Of a stretch of DNA of 64,000 nt, positions 37,652 through 51,609 are shown in pieces. The notes beneath the pieces are model-generated. The model ran no database searches and was not told where the DNA came from. It saw only the letters and a list, made by a program, of their open reading frames with translations. Position numbers and translations under genes: made by a program. Source of the stretch: Phoronis australis (Eukaryota > Animalia > Phoronida); NCBI GenBank assembly GCA_002633005.1, contig NMRA01000174.1, forward strand, positions 220,516 through 284,515. Direction: 5' to 3'. Position 1 is the stretch's first letter, and every line of letters begins with the position of its first letter.

Positions 37652-40384
37652 GATTACGTTGCTCTCAGCGCGTAGTCACACGGTGAATTTTCCATCCCTA
37701 GCACACTGTCTGAAAGGAAAACACAGATTAAAACTATGGTAACTATGGCACAAAAATTTTTTCTAGTTTTCAAAGGCTAATTAATTACCTGGCTGCAAAC
37801 AATGGAAAGGCTAACAACTGTTTATCACAACACTGTACAAACCACCCTTATGAAAGATTATTAAAAATTTCTTCATTTTTATTTTGGTTGAAAACTTAAA
37901 CAAAACTAAAATTTCACTAGCCCCCAACATTCTGTGCTAAAGTGGCAGACGGTTACTTTAGTAACCAAATTTGTGAAAATCAACATCCAGAAACAAGGAC
38001 AACTAAAAACCTAAGATTACGAAAACAGACAAGATCACATGTTTAGCTCGATATAGTACAAAGATCCCTGTCCTCACCAGACTTTATGAGCGTGGTGGCC
38101 CACAGAGCTAAAATTTTCAGCATCCCATTCTGAAATTTGACCACCATGCTCAAATTTTGACCCCCATGTTCAATTTTTGAATGATTTGTGCTTTTAACAG
38201 GCATCAACTTGTGAAATGTAGTCACCATTGTCACATTTGTCAGTCTATTGCTCACTGCAGAATGAATCTTACCACTTTAAGATAATTGTTTCCTAGACAA
38301 TGATCAACAAAAAATTTAACAAAAAATGCAGAGATTTAGCTTCAAACATTGCGATTGAGTTCTACTACTCCTACTGAGCTCAACACATATCCTGGTGAAA
38401 AGATGGCAAATATCAATACTTAGGTGGAAGCTTGCCCACCACATCTCTTAAGTAGAGCAGTGACTGGGTTAATGGTGTAAACCTGACAGGAAGCCCAAAA
38501 CCTTAGAAGTGTTTAAATCAGCATACATACGTAATAGAGCACATTATTTTGATGTAGACAGGAAATGATTAACTTATTAAAACGGAATCCTTGATTCATT
38601 AATTCATTAATTTCTTCATGCCATACTAAAAGTCAAGCACGTATTTGAGAGTCCTCCGACAGAAAGGTTCACGTCTATAAAAAAATGCAGAACTTCCAAT
38701 AACAAAACACTGTTATCTACAGAAATGGTAATGTTAGCTATTAATATCACCAACGAACCACTTATTCAACTGCAACATGGCTGCGTGCAGCACGTATCCC
38801 CAATGGGCTAAAACTCTGGACATCAGTGAAAATGACTTCGACATGATAATTGCTCAGTACTCTTAGCCAATTAACTTGCTTAGGCTTAACTCAATTGGGT
38901 ACTTCCCAAGTGGCCTAACACACAGAGAAATGCACACGGCTCTTCTCTCCAAAGTTATTTTCTAAATGTACATCCTGTCCTCCAACTGCAGTGTACACTT
39001 CACAACCAATGTTTATGCCTACCAAAACTATCATCAGTCCACAATCCGCTCAGTGTTGTAGAATACTCAGTTTGTGTGAAATTAGATGAACAACAATCAA
39101 CGGTCAAACAAATTCCTCGCCAAATTCCCATCAGGTCATCTGCAGTTTCACCCAAAAACCACAAAACTCACAACTGTTACTACCAGACCACATCTACAGC
39201 TGGGGGCAGCAAGGACTCACTTCAGCAACACCAGGATACAGTGTGTTGGAAGGCGTCCTGCAGACTCCCCATGTTAACCATCAGACCTCCCCTGTCTAAT
39301 CAGTAGTGACTGAATCTGGCCTTTGTGGCACCCGGGTAATCCCAGCAGAGCAATCATCACCTTAAGGATCAGCAGACCAACCATGCCTTATGTATCAGCG
39401 TATGTTAGACACATCTGAAGACATTCTTGTTGAGAACAAAATTCTTCAATTACAAAAATAATTGCCATAATTGAAATTTTTCTATTTTTCAAAGGCTGAC
39501 GTTCTCGGTACGAGTAATTAAAATATCGCCAGGAGTTATTTTAAGACAGCACTTCAGTACAAACCATACTAATGACAGATTTTTGTTTGTTTTTTCTACT
39601 TGTTGAGAAATTGGACAATGAAATTCCACTTGTCTGCTATTAGAGTGTGTTCACATTTGACCATTGACTGAACATTGTATGAAGGACACTTGTACATCAG
39701 ACAAGCCTTGGTAAGTTATAAAATCATGATTTTCATTTCATTTGAAGAAATGCTTACATACAGTAATTTCATTATCAACTAATTACTTACCTCAATTATA
39801 ACCGCCCAGAACCCTTGCATATCAAGTATCATACCACAATAGGCGGTCAATATGCCACCATGTAGACTCAAAAAGGTCACAAACTATAATCCCACAGACA
39901 CTGAACAGAGGAGATGAACATACCAAATTATCGATGCAACGAGAAATCAGAAAGACCACTTACGAAGCATTCGCTTCATCTTATACCCATTTTCATAGCA
40001 CGCAGTGTGTGCCAGACAGGCGACAGAATCAATAGACAAGTAAAGAACAAGCCATTACAAAATTCTGATTAATGCATATAATCAGAGCAGGAGCTTTAAG
40101 ACAAACACATGGTTAATTCCTTGGACAAACACGGGGAGACCAAGAGGCTGTACAAGGAAAACTATCATTTAGCTCCATGAAGTACTGATTAAACAAAGCA
40201 AAAACCACTATTAATACCTTTAAAAAATAAGTTAAAATCTCAGCAGTTTAGGATACGATATGCTTTAACATTTTCAAGTTCTATACAATAGCTACCATCA
40301 GACAATGTTTTGAGAAACTACAGACATTCCATACAATGTAAGAAGGCTTTGAAAAGGGAAAATATCAATGTTGACAACTATTTT

Positions 40385-40581
40385 TGTCCGAAATTTGTAA
40401 GTTTTCACAGTAACTGTTCACCTCAAATGCTCCAAACTCTCGAGTCTAATACAAGTTAAAGGGACGAAAAACCTAGACCTTCTGTTGTCCAAAATTTGTA
40501 AGATATCATAGTAATTGTTCGTCTCAAACGCTCTGAACTCTCGAGTCTAATACAAGTTACATTGACGAAAAACCTAGACCT
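40385..40581. repeat. ~100-bp tandem duplication (2 diverged copies)
   Basis: tgtcc.aaatttgtaag...aactctcgagtctaatacaagtta...gacgaaaaacctagacct occurs twice. Confidence 0.85.
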
Positions 40582-41124
40582 TTAATAACATTAACTTTTG
40601 ATTTAGGCAACTATTACAAAATTGGTCTCATATTGTTCTTAATTCAGAATAGAAATAATTTCCAGACTTGAGAAATACTGACAGTTCGTTACTGCTTCTA
40701 ACCAAGCTCCATAATGAAGATTGCTTGTCAGGATGGGTTAGTTTAGCAGCCGAACTTGGCCACCAGTGGAATTCCAAGCGTTTTGTTTTGTTGCAATCAA
40801 TTCCAAGCGTTTCGTTGCAATCAATTTCAATTTCAATTCAAGCAAAGGATTAAAAGAAGAAAAGTTGTTTTTTGATACCAAAACATACGTATTTTGTCCA
40901 TTTAAAGGTTTGGTTTTCATGAAGTTCCTCCAAAATGGCCATGCAGAAATGGCAGCACCAGCTGAAGCACAATACAAATCACATGACAAACGTTTTGCGA
41001 CAACTCCACGCAAAGTAATTTACTTCATATCAAAAACACAAAACAGAAAATCTCATGCAATACAGGTGAATTTATGGTACTTCTACAAATAGCCCCTTCC
41101 TGGAATACCAGATACCGACATAAT

Positions 41125-41277
41125 TGTAAAAATTAAAATTGTCACCAGGGGGCACAGAATATGTTGTATCCGTCTGAAAATGGGAAGGCATCGTCATCTC
41201 TCTAATAAAAACATATCTTCCAAATTTCATGCAAAATAGTCAAGGAACCCACATATGTATATGAGGGTGTATAACAA
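41125..41277 (+). mobile_element. Helentron/HINE-like repeat 3' fragment
   Basis: aaattgtcaccagggggcacag, caaatttcatg and the terminal tatgtatatgagggtg motif as at 3944-3958. Confidence 0.5.
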
Positions 41278-41980
41278 AGGTTAATTTTAGCAATACCACG
41301 GTATGTATGAAATTGGCGTCATTTTACCTTAATTATTATTTTGCTACAACATTAAATTGCCACTTATGATTCTGATGCCAATAAAATTTTATTGTTGCAT
41401 AATGACTTACAATCTTGCAGTGCAGACATCAAAAAATTGATAAGCCGAGATAGACCTGATGAATCATTCTTCACTTATTCAGCATGGCTCTACCTTCCGA
41501 AAAACTAGGTTAATCACACAATGTACCTTTCTACCTGGACAAAAATTGAATACAGGTACCAAAAAGGCCTAACTTGTATGGATTTTTACTGAAGGAGAAC
41601 TTTGGATTGAATTGAGATGGCAACACGATAACTGAACATGATTTCTGCTCTTTCAGGGGAAACAAGAATTTTCTGCTCACAAAATTGTCTTAAAACAACA
41701 AACTGACATTTAGGAAATAGGTCAAAATTACATAATTAACTTCATTAATGAACAACAGTCAAGCACTCTCCATCACGAAGGGTTAATAATGCCTGACAGG
41801 CTTGGAAGACTACTCAAGAAGTCTCGACTTTTTAAGAAGTCTCGACTTTTTAACAGTATAAAATCGAAGATAATCGTGTAATGTTGACCATGACTGGACC
41901 AATGTTTCAAACTTATAGCCACCAAAGTATGTCTGAATAACAAAATTGTCATGAATTTAAATTTGCACCAAAAGGATGGC

Positions 41981-44900
41981 TGCCCCTGTAGGCAGGGGAC
42001 CCTCTATCAGAGGTAAATAAAGATGGTGCCTACCACCCAGCTCATCTGCGTGATACAGTACGAGCCTGCATATGATGAGCCTGGTCCTCCAGGTTGGGAG
42101 TTTGGCAAGGGGTCAACTGCCCCTTCCTGTAAAAATAGCTAGTTACAGAAACACGAAAGGAGATTACAAATTCTGACTTCTTGGGAGATGGAAGAGACAC
42201 TGGTGAGTCAGAGCTAATGAAGCTGGGCGGTGAAAGCCTCAGGGATGCCGTCAAGTGGTAACCTCGTCCATCGAACAAGGCCCTCTGGATCGGTTCATGG
42301 AATATACGCACCATGTATGAGACAGGAAAAACGGTACAAATAGCAAAGGAGATGGAGCGCTACCAAATCAACATACTTGGGATCAGCAAAGCCCACTGGA
42401 TCCGGCATGGAGAGCAACGTTTATCCACAGGTGAAAAGTTTATCCACTCAGGACATGAAGAAGGAAAGCATGAAGATGGTGTTGGAATACTACTCAGCAA
42501 ATCAGCACAAAAAACACTTAGAGGATGGGAGCCGCATGGAGCTCGGAATATTCTAGCGTCATTCACCACCAGAAATTCAACATGAACATTATTCAGATCT
42601 ATGCACCAACAAACGAAGCAGAGGAAGAGACAAAAGATGAATTCTACATTAGGCTACAACAAGTGATCAAAAAACTCCCAGAAAAGGTCATCAACATTAT
42701 TATGGGAGATGCCAATGCAAAAGTAGGAGAAAACAATTTCGGATATGAGGAAACTATGGGAAAACACGGAGTCGGCGAGGAAAATGACAATAGAGAAAGG
42801 TTCAAAGACCTGTGCGGTTTCAACAACTTAGTGATCGCAGGAAGTACATTCCCACACAGGAGGATTCACAAAGTCACATGGATCTCGCCTGATGGAGTAA
42901 CTGAAAATCAAATAGACCATTTCTGTATATCCCGTAAATTCAGAAGATCAGTGGAAGATGTGAGAGTAATGAGAGGAGCAGATGTCGGTTCAGACCACAA
43001 CCTTGTGCTTGCAAAACTTAGGATAAAGCTGAGACGATTCAAAGCAGGCAGCAATGGGAACCAACTGAAGTATCAGACCAACCTGTTACAAGACGAACAG
43101 AAAAGGAAGGAGTTTAAACTCACGCTCACAAACAAATTCCAACCACTGCAGGAACTAGAAAAGGAAGTAAGCGATGATGTAAATACAATGTGGAAAAGAG
43201 TAAGAGACACCTTCACTGACACCTGCCAAGAAGTGCTCGGACACAGGAAACAGACACACCAAGAATGGATAACACGGGAATCCTTAAGTAAAATAGAGGA
43301 ACGAAGAGCAAAGAAGCAAGATGTTCACAATAGCAAAACAAGAGCTGAAAAAGCAATGACACAGGAAGCATACAGAACTGCCCACAGAGAAGTAAAGAAC
43401 AGCGTTAAAAACGATAAGGAAAAATTCCTGAACGACATAGCGGAAAGAACGGAGGAAGCAGCAGTCAATGGACACATGAGAATACTGTTTCAAAACACGT
43501 CTCGTTTAGCTGGCAGAAATCGAAAACCAGAGGTACCAGTGAAAGACAAAAACGGGAAAACAGTATTTGGAAAAGATAATCAACTTAAGAGATGGAAAGA
43601 GCACTTTGATGCACTCCTCAACAGACCACCACCAGACAACCCCCCAGATATTATGCCAGCAAGACATGACTTACAAATCGACTGTGAACCACCAACACTA
43701 GATGAAATTTCATTTGCTCTGAGATTCCTAAAGACAGCAAAAGCCACAGGACCAGACCATATCCCCCAGAGGTACTACTGGCCGACATCCCTTCAACTGC
43801 AAAGTTATTGAACGATCTCTGCCACAAAGTATGGACACATGAAATCTTACCAGACGATTGGAAAGAAGGACATCTAATAAAATTACCAAAGAAAGGAGAC
43901 CTTGGAACTGTAACAACCACCGAGGGATTACGCTGCTATCAATACCAGGGAAAGTTCAAGGTAGATGAAAAACTTAGGGACCAACAAGCGGGTTTCAGAA
44001 AGGCAGATCTTGCTCCGATCAGATAGCAAAGTTAAGAATCATCCTCAAACAATCCATGGAATGGAACTCTCCCTATTGATCAATTTTGTGGACTTTGAAA
44101 AGGCAATCGACAGCATCGACAGAAGCACATTATGGAAGCTCATGCGCCATTATGGCATCCCAGAAAAGAAAGTAACACTGGTCAAAAACATGTACGAAGG
44201 AAGTAACTGCCGTGTTCTTCGTGATGGTGAAATGACAGACCCATTTGAAATCAGAACAGGTGTGAAGCAAGGCTGTCTTCTGTCACCTTTTCTTTTCAGC
44301 CTAGTAATAGACTGGACAATGAGAGAGGTGACAACAGGCAGAAGAAACGGAATACAGTGGACCCTATGGACACAGCTGGATGACCTGGACTACGCAGATG
44401 ACATTGCACTACTCTCTCACACAGCAAGCCAAATACGAAGGAAAACAGATGAACTGGACAAAACAGCAAGGAAGATTGGCCTTGTCATCAACAGTGAAAT
44501 AACAAAAGTCTTCACTTAACCCCAAAGACAGAAACACCAATTGAAATAAATGGATCAATCCTGCAGGAAGTTGAACATTTCACATACCTTGGCAGCAAGA
44601 TAGATAAAAAAAGGGGGACCGAAGCTGACATACGAGCAAGAATTGCCAAAGCCAGAACTGCATTTTACCAACTAATGAAAGTATGGAAAGCTAGGAAACT
44701 CTCGCTGAAAACAAAATTGAGATTGTTCATCTCAAATATGAAATCAGTACTGTTATATGAATCAGAGACCTGGACAAACACAAAAACAAACTTCAAGAGA
44801 CTGCAAACTTTTGTCAATTCATGCCTGAGAAAAAATTTGAGGATACAGTGGCCAGAAAGGATAAGAAATGAAGAATTGTGGGAAAGAACAGGACAGACAC

Positions 44901-45174
44901 CAGTGGAAGAGGAGATCGGCCGAAGGAAATGGCGCTGGATTGGACATACACTAAGAAGACCAACAAGTAGCACTTCCAGACACGCATTAAAGTGGAACCC
45001 ACAGGGTAAACGAAACAGAGGCAGACCACGAATGACCAGGAGAAGATGCATCACCGATGACATGGAGAGGTTAGGATACTCATGGAGACAGCTAGAAGGA
45101 ATCGCCCAGGACAGAACAAAATGGAAATCTCTGATTCGTGGCCTATACCCTGGTAGGGGTGACGGGCATTGATG
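41981..45174 (+). mobile_element. RTE-clade non-LTR retrotransposon, near full length, inactive, antisense to BTBD7
   Basis: 11-bp TSD AAAAGGATGGC at 41970-41980 and 45175-45185; short TGATG tail; single APE+RT reading frame broken by frameshifts. Confidence 0.95.
42217..45172 (+). pseudogene. RTE endonuclease/reverse transcriptase ORF, disrupted
   Basis: APE motifs WNIRT, ILGIS(K), MGDANA, NQIDH and GSDH; RT motifs FVDFEKAIDSI, GVKQGCLLSPFLF and YADD; RTE C-terminal WIGHTLRR...WNPQGKRNRGRP. It is split over at least 5 ORF pieces, with an in-frame stop after the probable ATG at 42217. Confidence 0.93.
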
Positions 45175-45511
45175 AAAAGGATGGCAAATGCTCTGGTAAA
45201 GGGTCATGCAGCAGTTGCAGCGTCATATTTGAAAACTAATTTGGTTCGTGTTTCGGGGCGTTCCAGGTGACAAAAGAACAAGTCCAATGGATTTCATCGA
45301 TTCCTATTATGGGAAAATTGCCATCACTACCTTCATGTATTCCAGTTTGAAATTTGTGATTTTGAGTTGACATACCGTAGTTAATACTGCATGGGCCTTC
45401 AACTTAGTTCCTCGTTTTCTATAAATCCAGATCTGAAATCCTTATATTGAGAAAGGCACCACCAAACACTGGTTTTCAAGGTCAAATTATTACCCCATAT
45501 AATTCTTCAGN

Positions 45512-46887
45512 TCATGCGCCATTATGGCATCCCAGAAAAGAAAGTGACACTGGTCAAAAACATGTACGAAGGAAGTAACTGCCGTGTTCTTCGTGACGGT
45601 GAAATGACAGACCCATTTGAAATCAGAACAGGTGTGAAGCAAGGCTGTCTTCTGTCACCTTTTCTTTTCAACCTAGTAATAGACTGGACAATGAGAGAGG
45701 TGACAACAGGCAGAAGAAACGGAATACAGTGGACCCTATGGACACAGCTGGATGACCTGGACTACGCAGATGACATTGCACTACTCTCTCACACAGCAGG
45801 CCAAATACGAAGGAAAACAGATGAACCGGACAAAACAGCAAGGAAGATTGGCCTTGTCATCAACAGTGAAATAACAAAAATTCTTCACTTAACCCCAGAG
45901 ACAGAAACACCAATTGAAATAAATGGATCAATCCTGCAGGAAGTTGAACATTTCACATACCTTGGCAGCAAGATAGATAAAAAAGGGGGACTGAAGCTGA
46001 CATACGAGCAAGAATTGCCAAAGCCAGAACTGCATTTTACCAACTAATGAAAGTATGGAAAGCTAGGAAACTCTCGCTGAAAACACAATTGAGATTGTTC
46101 ATCTCAAATGTGAAATCAGTACTGTTATATGGATCAGAGACCTGGACAAACACAAAAACAAACTTCAAGAGACTGCAAACTTTTGTCAATTCATGCCTGA
46201 GAAAAAATTTGAGGATACAGTGGCCAGAAAGGATAAGATTAGAAATGAAGAATTGTGGGAAAGAACAGGACAGACACCAGTGGAAGAGGAGATCGGCCGA
46301 AGGATATGGCGCTGGATTGGACATACACTAAGAAGACCAACAAGTAGCACTTCCAGACACGCATTAAAGTGGAACCCACAGGGTAAACAAAACAGAGGCA
46401 GACCACGAATGACCAGGAGAAGATGCATCACCGATGACATGGAGAGGTTAGGATACCCATGGAGACAGCTAGAAGGAATCGCCCAGGACAGAACAAAATG
46501 GAAATCTCTGATTCGTGGCCTATACCCTGGTAGGGGTGACGGGCATTGATGAAAAGGATGGCAAATGCTCTGGTAAAGGGTCATGCAGCAGTTGCAGCGT
46601 CATACTTGAAAACTAATTTGGTTCGTGTTTCGGGGCGTTCCAGGTGACAAAAGAACAAGTCCAATGGATTTCATCGATTCCTATTATGGGAAAATTGCCA
46701 TCACTACCTTCATGTATTCCAGTTTGAAATTTGTGATTTTGAGTTGACATACCGTAGTTAATACTGCATGGGCCTTCAACTTAGTTCCTCGTTTTCTATA
46801 AATCCAGATCTGAAATCCTTATATTGAGAAAGGCACCACCAAACACTGGTTTTCAAGGTCAAATTATTACCCCATATAATTCTTCAG
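45512..46887 (+). repeat. Duplicate of 44140-45510 (RTE 3' half plus unique flank); probable alternate haplotype
   Basis: Begins right after N 45511 and includes the same 3' TSD and the same ~330 bp of non-element flank. Confidence 0.93.
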
Positions 46888-49800
46888 AGCTTTCACCTTT
46901 CAATAGAAAACTGAAACTAGTAAGATCTCAAATATCAGTTTTAAAGCTACGTTAGAAACAACATGTTAACGAAACTGAACCAGGTGAGTGCAAACTGCAA
47001 ACTCCTCTAACAAAATTTACAACAGCCAGACACGAAAAACATTTCACCCTTTTTATGTTTACAACATTCTTTAATGTCATATGGGAGTAACCTCCATGGA
47101 GATTGTTCAGTGTGCGGGAGGGGGGGGGACAATCGGGCTCTCTTTCTTCCAGCCAAAGGAAATGGCATTTCTACAAATATTATTTAACATGACAGCATGC
47201 TTTATGAAATATGACAGCACACCATAAACAACGAACCAGCAGGATTCTAAAAACACAGGTGGTATTGCAGAGGTTGATGCAAGAATGAAGTGGATACAAG
47301 TACACCTTGTGGCAATTAGGGCAACACATACTGAGGATTAGTGCCAAATTTCTAAACAATAAAGCCCTGTCTAAGGTGGACTTGGTATCAAGTGTGTAGA
47401 CTGTGTTCGACTCCACTGTCAGAGCTACAAGGTTGAAAGTGACATGTCCATTGAAATAAAGCACGTCTTTGTGATTTTGTTCTATTTTCAATCAACTCAG
47501 GAAAAGTCCTATACATCTTCTGAACCACTGTCTACACACTCGCATTGTTGATACAGAGTGCTATGCAAAAATTCAATGTTTAATGGTAATGTAAGAAATC
47601 GTAGTTACAGTAAAGTGTCCTCAAATTTGAACAAAAAATAATGGCCAAAATGGTCATTTTTTTCACTTTTCAAGCACTCACTATATTTCCAAAAAAGGTC
47701 AAAATTGTATCATGTGTTTGTTGATAACAGTCGCGCTAAATAGTTTTCAAATAATGACGTGAAACCGTGTTCTTGTTTACTCAAGTCAAAAAATTTTGAT
47801 AAAATAATATTTTACAGTTTTGCCATACCATATTATAGTTTGAAGAAACTTTACCCAACTCATGAACCCATGTATCTTCAGATCCAGCAGGGCAGCACAT
47901 ATATTTTCAAGTTTTCTATTTAAAGTCTACTTCGTTGGTCCCCAAAATAGTTTCATCCCAGAAGAAGCAAGATTATAAAGAGTCACCCTGTGCTCCCTGT
48001 ATCCTATACTACAAACTAAAGCCCTGAACTTTGAAGACAGCAATTCCAAGTCAGAGTTGTTTTTAAAGTCTAACTTTGTGACCTCACTTATTTTGCATGA
48101 AAACATTTGTAAAAAAACTTTCAAAATTCTCTCTTTCAAAGACTGATAACTTTGTTGCAAACAGTCATATAACATATCCGCTGTACAAGTCAAGAAAATA
48201 AGAAAAGTAACTTTTTGTTGAGAAATTTTACAAATATACAGTTCACCTGAACACCACTTTGTTTGCTAAATATCAGAAGAATTACCGAAACTGAAACCTT
48301 AAATCCACTGAATTATTTTCCATGTCCCACTACACCTATTGCAATGCTTGAACGCACACTAAATGTATTCAAAATGTATCTGGTACATGTTCATTGCCAT
48401 TCAACGTCAAATTACAAATTTAAACATGACACAGGCACTGATTTATGAACACAGTGTTTTTTGTGTTAAGCCATGGGCTATTTTTAATTTCTTATCAGAG
48501 GTCTAAAGAGAACTTCAGCTCAGCCAAAGTTCAGTCTCTGCTCACCACAGAATAATGTACAAATTGCAAATTAATGATGCGAGGTCAGAGGTCATCCCTA
48601 TGTGCTGCCTTATCTTGTTTTTGAGATGAACATTGAGAAACACCCACCATTAAAAATGACCACACAAACCACTCCAGGCTCCACCAGTGTGACAGCTTTT
48701 ATGAAGTAGTGAATGGGCAAGGATCTGATGACAAAATGCCATGAAATTAATCAACTGCTAAGCTTGTTGGAGCTGACAGACTGTGGTTTTTAAGTGGTAG
48801 GCCTGCTAATGCATTGGAACTCCCACCCACACAGAGAGTGAACAGAATCATTTTAGAAAATCTTCATTGACCCGCTGTTAGACTACAATATGTGCATGTA
48901 TCACCGATTCACAGCCCATACGCCTATATACCAAATCATGCATTTTTTAAGAAATTTCTTTACTCAGGTGTTTTGAATATAGCTTCATACATCTAAGCTT
49001 TGCTTACTGGTACAGGTGGATGTCTACAGCCAGCTCATTTACAAGACTTAAATTGGATGTTATTTGTGGATGCTTGTCAATTCTCAATACTTTTCACTCA
49101 ATCATGTCACCACATACTTATACTACAGTAATTTTCATTCAAATAATAATTGAGAAATTTTATCTTCGGTTAGTCCAAGCATAGGTGCAAGAGTCCAATT
49201 CCATATGTAACCATAGGCTAAGCTTGACACACAGGTGCATAGGCCTAAACACAGATATTAATCAGCACATTATGTTTGTAAACACACTTGTACAGACATC
49301 AACATTTAGAAACTATAGACCTTCCATAAAACCTTTCAACTCCAAGAAATGTGTAGTTTCGAACTTAGTCATGGAAAGCAATATTAGGCAATTACTATGT
49401 CTAAAGATGAGTAGTGAAAGATCTGCAAATGCCTCATAATTACTGCCAAATAATCCCTAGGTAAGTACACCAGGATAAGCTTATAGGTAGAGCAGATACA
49501 GCCAAGCGCAAAATGAACCGATTTCATGTAATTCAGAAAAAACTACTTTCAGTAACCTCCCAACTAACCAGACATTTGGAATGTCAATGACAAAACAGCC
49601 AGGTGAGCAGACGCTTAATTGCGCTCAGACTTAGGGGAACCTTACAAAATTGACCGTTTTTATGGTCCAATGATATACCAGATGGTGCACAAAAATTTCA
49701 CACCTCTTCACATTTTTGCAGTACTGAGAGCCTGGTACTTACAAGCACTGATCTCAAAAGAGATTAACTGAATCTAATATATCATCCACGTGGCTCGTTT

Positions 49801-51095
49801 TCAGCTTTTTCTACATAGAGAAACAGTCCTACCTTGAAATCAGTTATAAAAATAGACTTCATTCACGCTTTCACATTTATACTTGGGATTACCGCTACAT
49901 ATACCAAGTGAGTCAGAATTAATTTCTCGACTAAAAGCCGATAAACTAATCTCACGATTATCCCGCTGATCACTCCTCCCAAGTCAGTAATTCCGAAAAA
50001 AATCCATTAGACCGTCTTCCTTCATAACAACATATCCTGGTGAAACGTGCTCAGTCACAGGAAGGAAATCTTTTTATATTAACCATAGGAAAGAAAGAAG
50101 ACTGCAGTAAGTGAAACACATCAGAGGCACCAGTATAAAATCAATATGATTGAGGTGCATGGACAGGCAAGTGGTACACTATTAGTCAAGGCAGGGCCAC
50201 TCAGAGGGTATTATTGGGTCAAGAACAGAACCTTACCTTACATTGAGAGCATGACCTGATGAAATAATGTTAGTATAAGCCCATACCATATGTAGCAAAC
50301 AGGACAGGTAATCTGTGGCTTGGGTCATATTGCATAATTTGTTTAGAATAATCCCCTTAGTTCTGCTTTGGAATTTACAAGCCACAGCAAAATGTAATGG
50401 AGGGTATGTAATTTGGGGGACCTTCAGAAATGGTAGTCATGGTTTACACAGTGCCAACGACATGAATTATTGCTGCTTATAATTTTTCTGTGGCGTTTTC
50501 TCTCACAGTTAAACATGATGGCAATAACTACAAGTGGCAGACATTTTAGTACAGATATCTTTGCTTATGGAACAAAAAAGTGAATGAACTCCATAGCTCC
50601 TACCTTGTCAACCAATCACTACAGTTGTGCTCATTTTTGCTAGTCTACGCTTATAAGATTTTGAGAGTATTGTACTGGCAAAAAAATTGCCTGTCATTAA
50701 TGAGATTTTAGATGATCTTGCCTAAGTGATGTGGGATTTCGCTTTTCACCCAGGAAAGTTGATCTACGGAATGCAGCTAAGCTCAAGTTTTCAAATTCCC
50801 CAAAACTAGCTTTACCTCGGGAAAGGTGAAATGAGCTTTGTTACAACAAAATCAAAGAAAATGATATAAGTGAAAATTCTTGATATCCAAAAACCATTAT
50901 ACCATCAAGTCAACACAATTCATAGACAATGTCAATTCAAACTACACAGCACAGACCATAAATCATCACAATGGAACTTCTTGAAGAATTAGGTTAAATC
51001 CTCAGAGACAGGTGTGAATGTTGGATGAAACCTAAAATACCAGTTGCGATCAATGCATGACATAGCTTAACCCACAGCTCACCATGTGCCCCAGA

Positions 51096-51609
51096 AGGCT
51101 CTTTCATGTTGATTTACCACTCCGGTCTGAGCCGAGCGTCGACGACGTAAACAACGCAATTAAATGGACCGTTCATACTGGCTTTGGTAGTTAATTAACA
51201 TCGAAGTAAGCGATTGGTGCTGCTGTCGTCATCGAAGTTATCGCAAGCTGGCGTTGCACCCTAAGATTTTTTTCAATGTTTCAATTTGGAAACATTTACA
51301 TGAGCTAAGTGACATTAAACTTATTTTTTAAATCGATTGATTATTATTAGAGCAAAATATAAGCAGCTATTAGTGACAGCACTACCTTGTAACTGTTGAC
51401 GATAACAGTGGCACCTGGCGATAACTTCGATTCGACCGAAATTAAGCGTTCATACTGCACCGCAGCATCGACGTTGCAATATTGAAATCCACCTGTTAAC
51501 TGCGATGTTAACTGGAGCTGTTAACTGCGATCCAGGACTAGAGTTAAGCGTTCATACTGACCGCAACTCCCCAAACCACCGACGCGTCGACGTTAGTATG
51601 AAAGGCCCT
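51096..51609 (+). mobile_element. MITE family A, copy 2
   Basis: AGGCTCTTTCAT ... TTAGTATGAAAGGCCCT ends; colinear with 8561-9059. Confidence 0.8.

Noticed and set aside
36579-37742. Plus-strand ORFs overlapping BTBD7 exon 1 (also 29562-29851, 32367-32852) and minus-strand ORFs over the RTE
   Set aside because: Antisense shadows of real coding sequence.
41816-41852. 18-bp direct repeat as RTE boundary
   Set aside because: A simple local tandem duplication; the true TSD is at 41970-41980.
41981-42148. Canonical twister, hammerhead, HDV-like or pistol ribozyme
   Set aside because: Only partial resemblances (AUGAUGA before a stem; hairpin-loop pseudoknot with UAAAUA). The required GAAA, GCG or HDV L3/J4-2 residues are not in place, so it is kept only as an unclassified structure.
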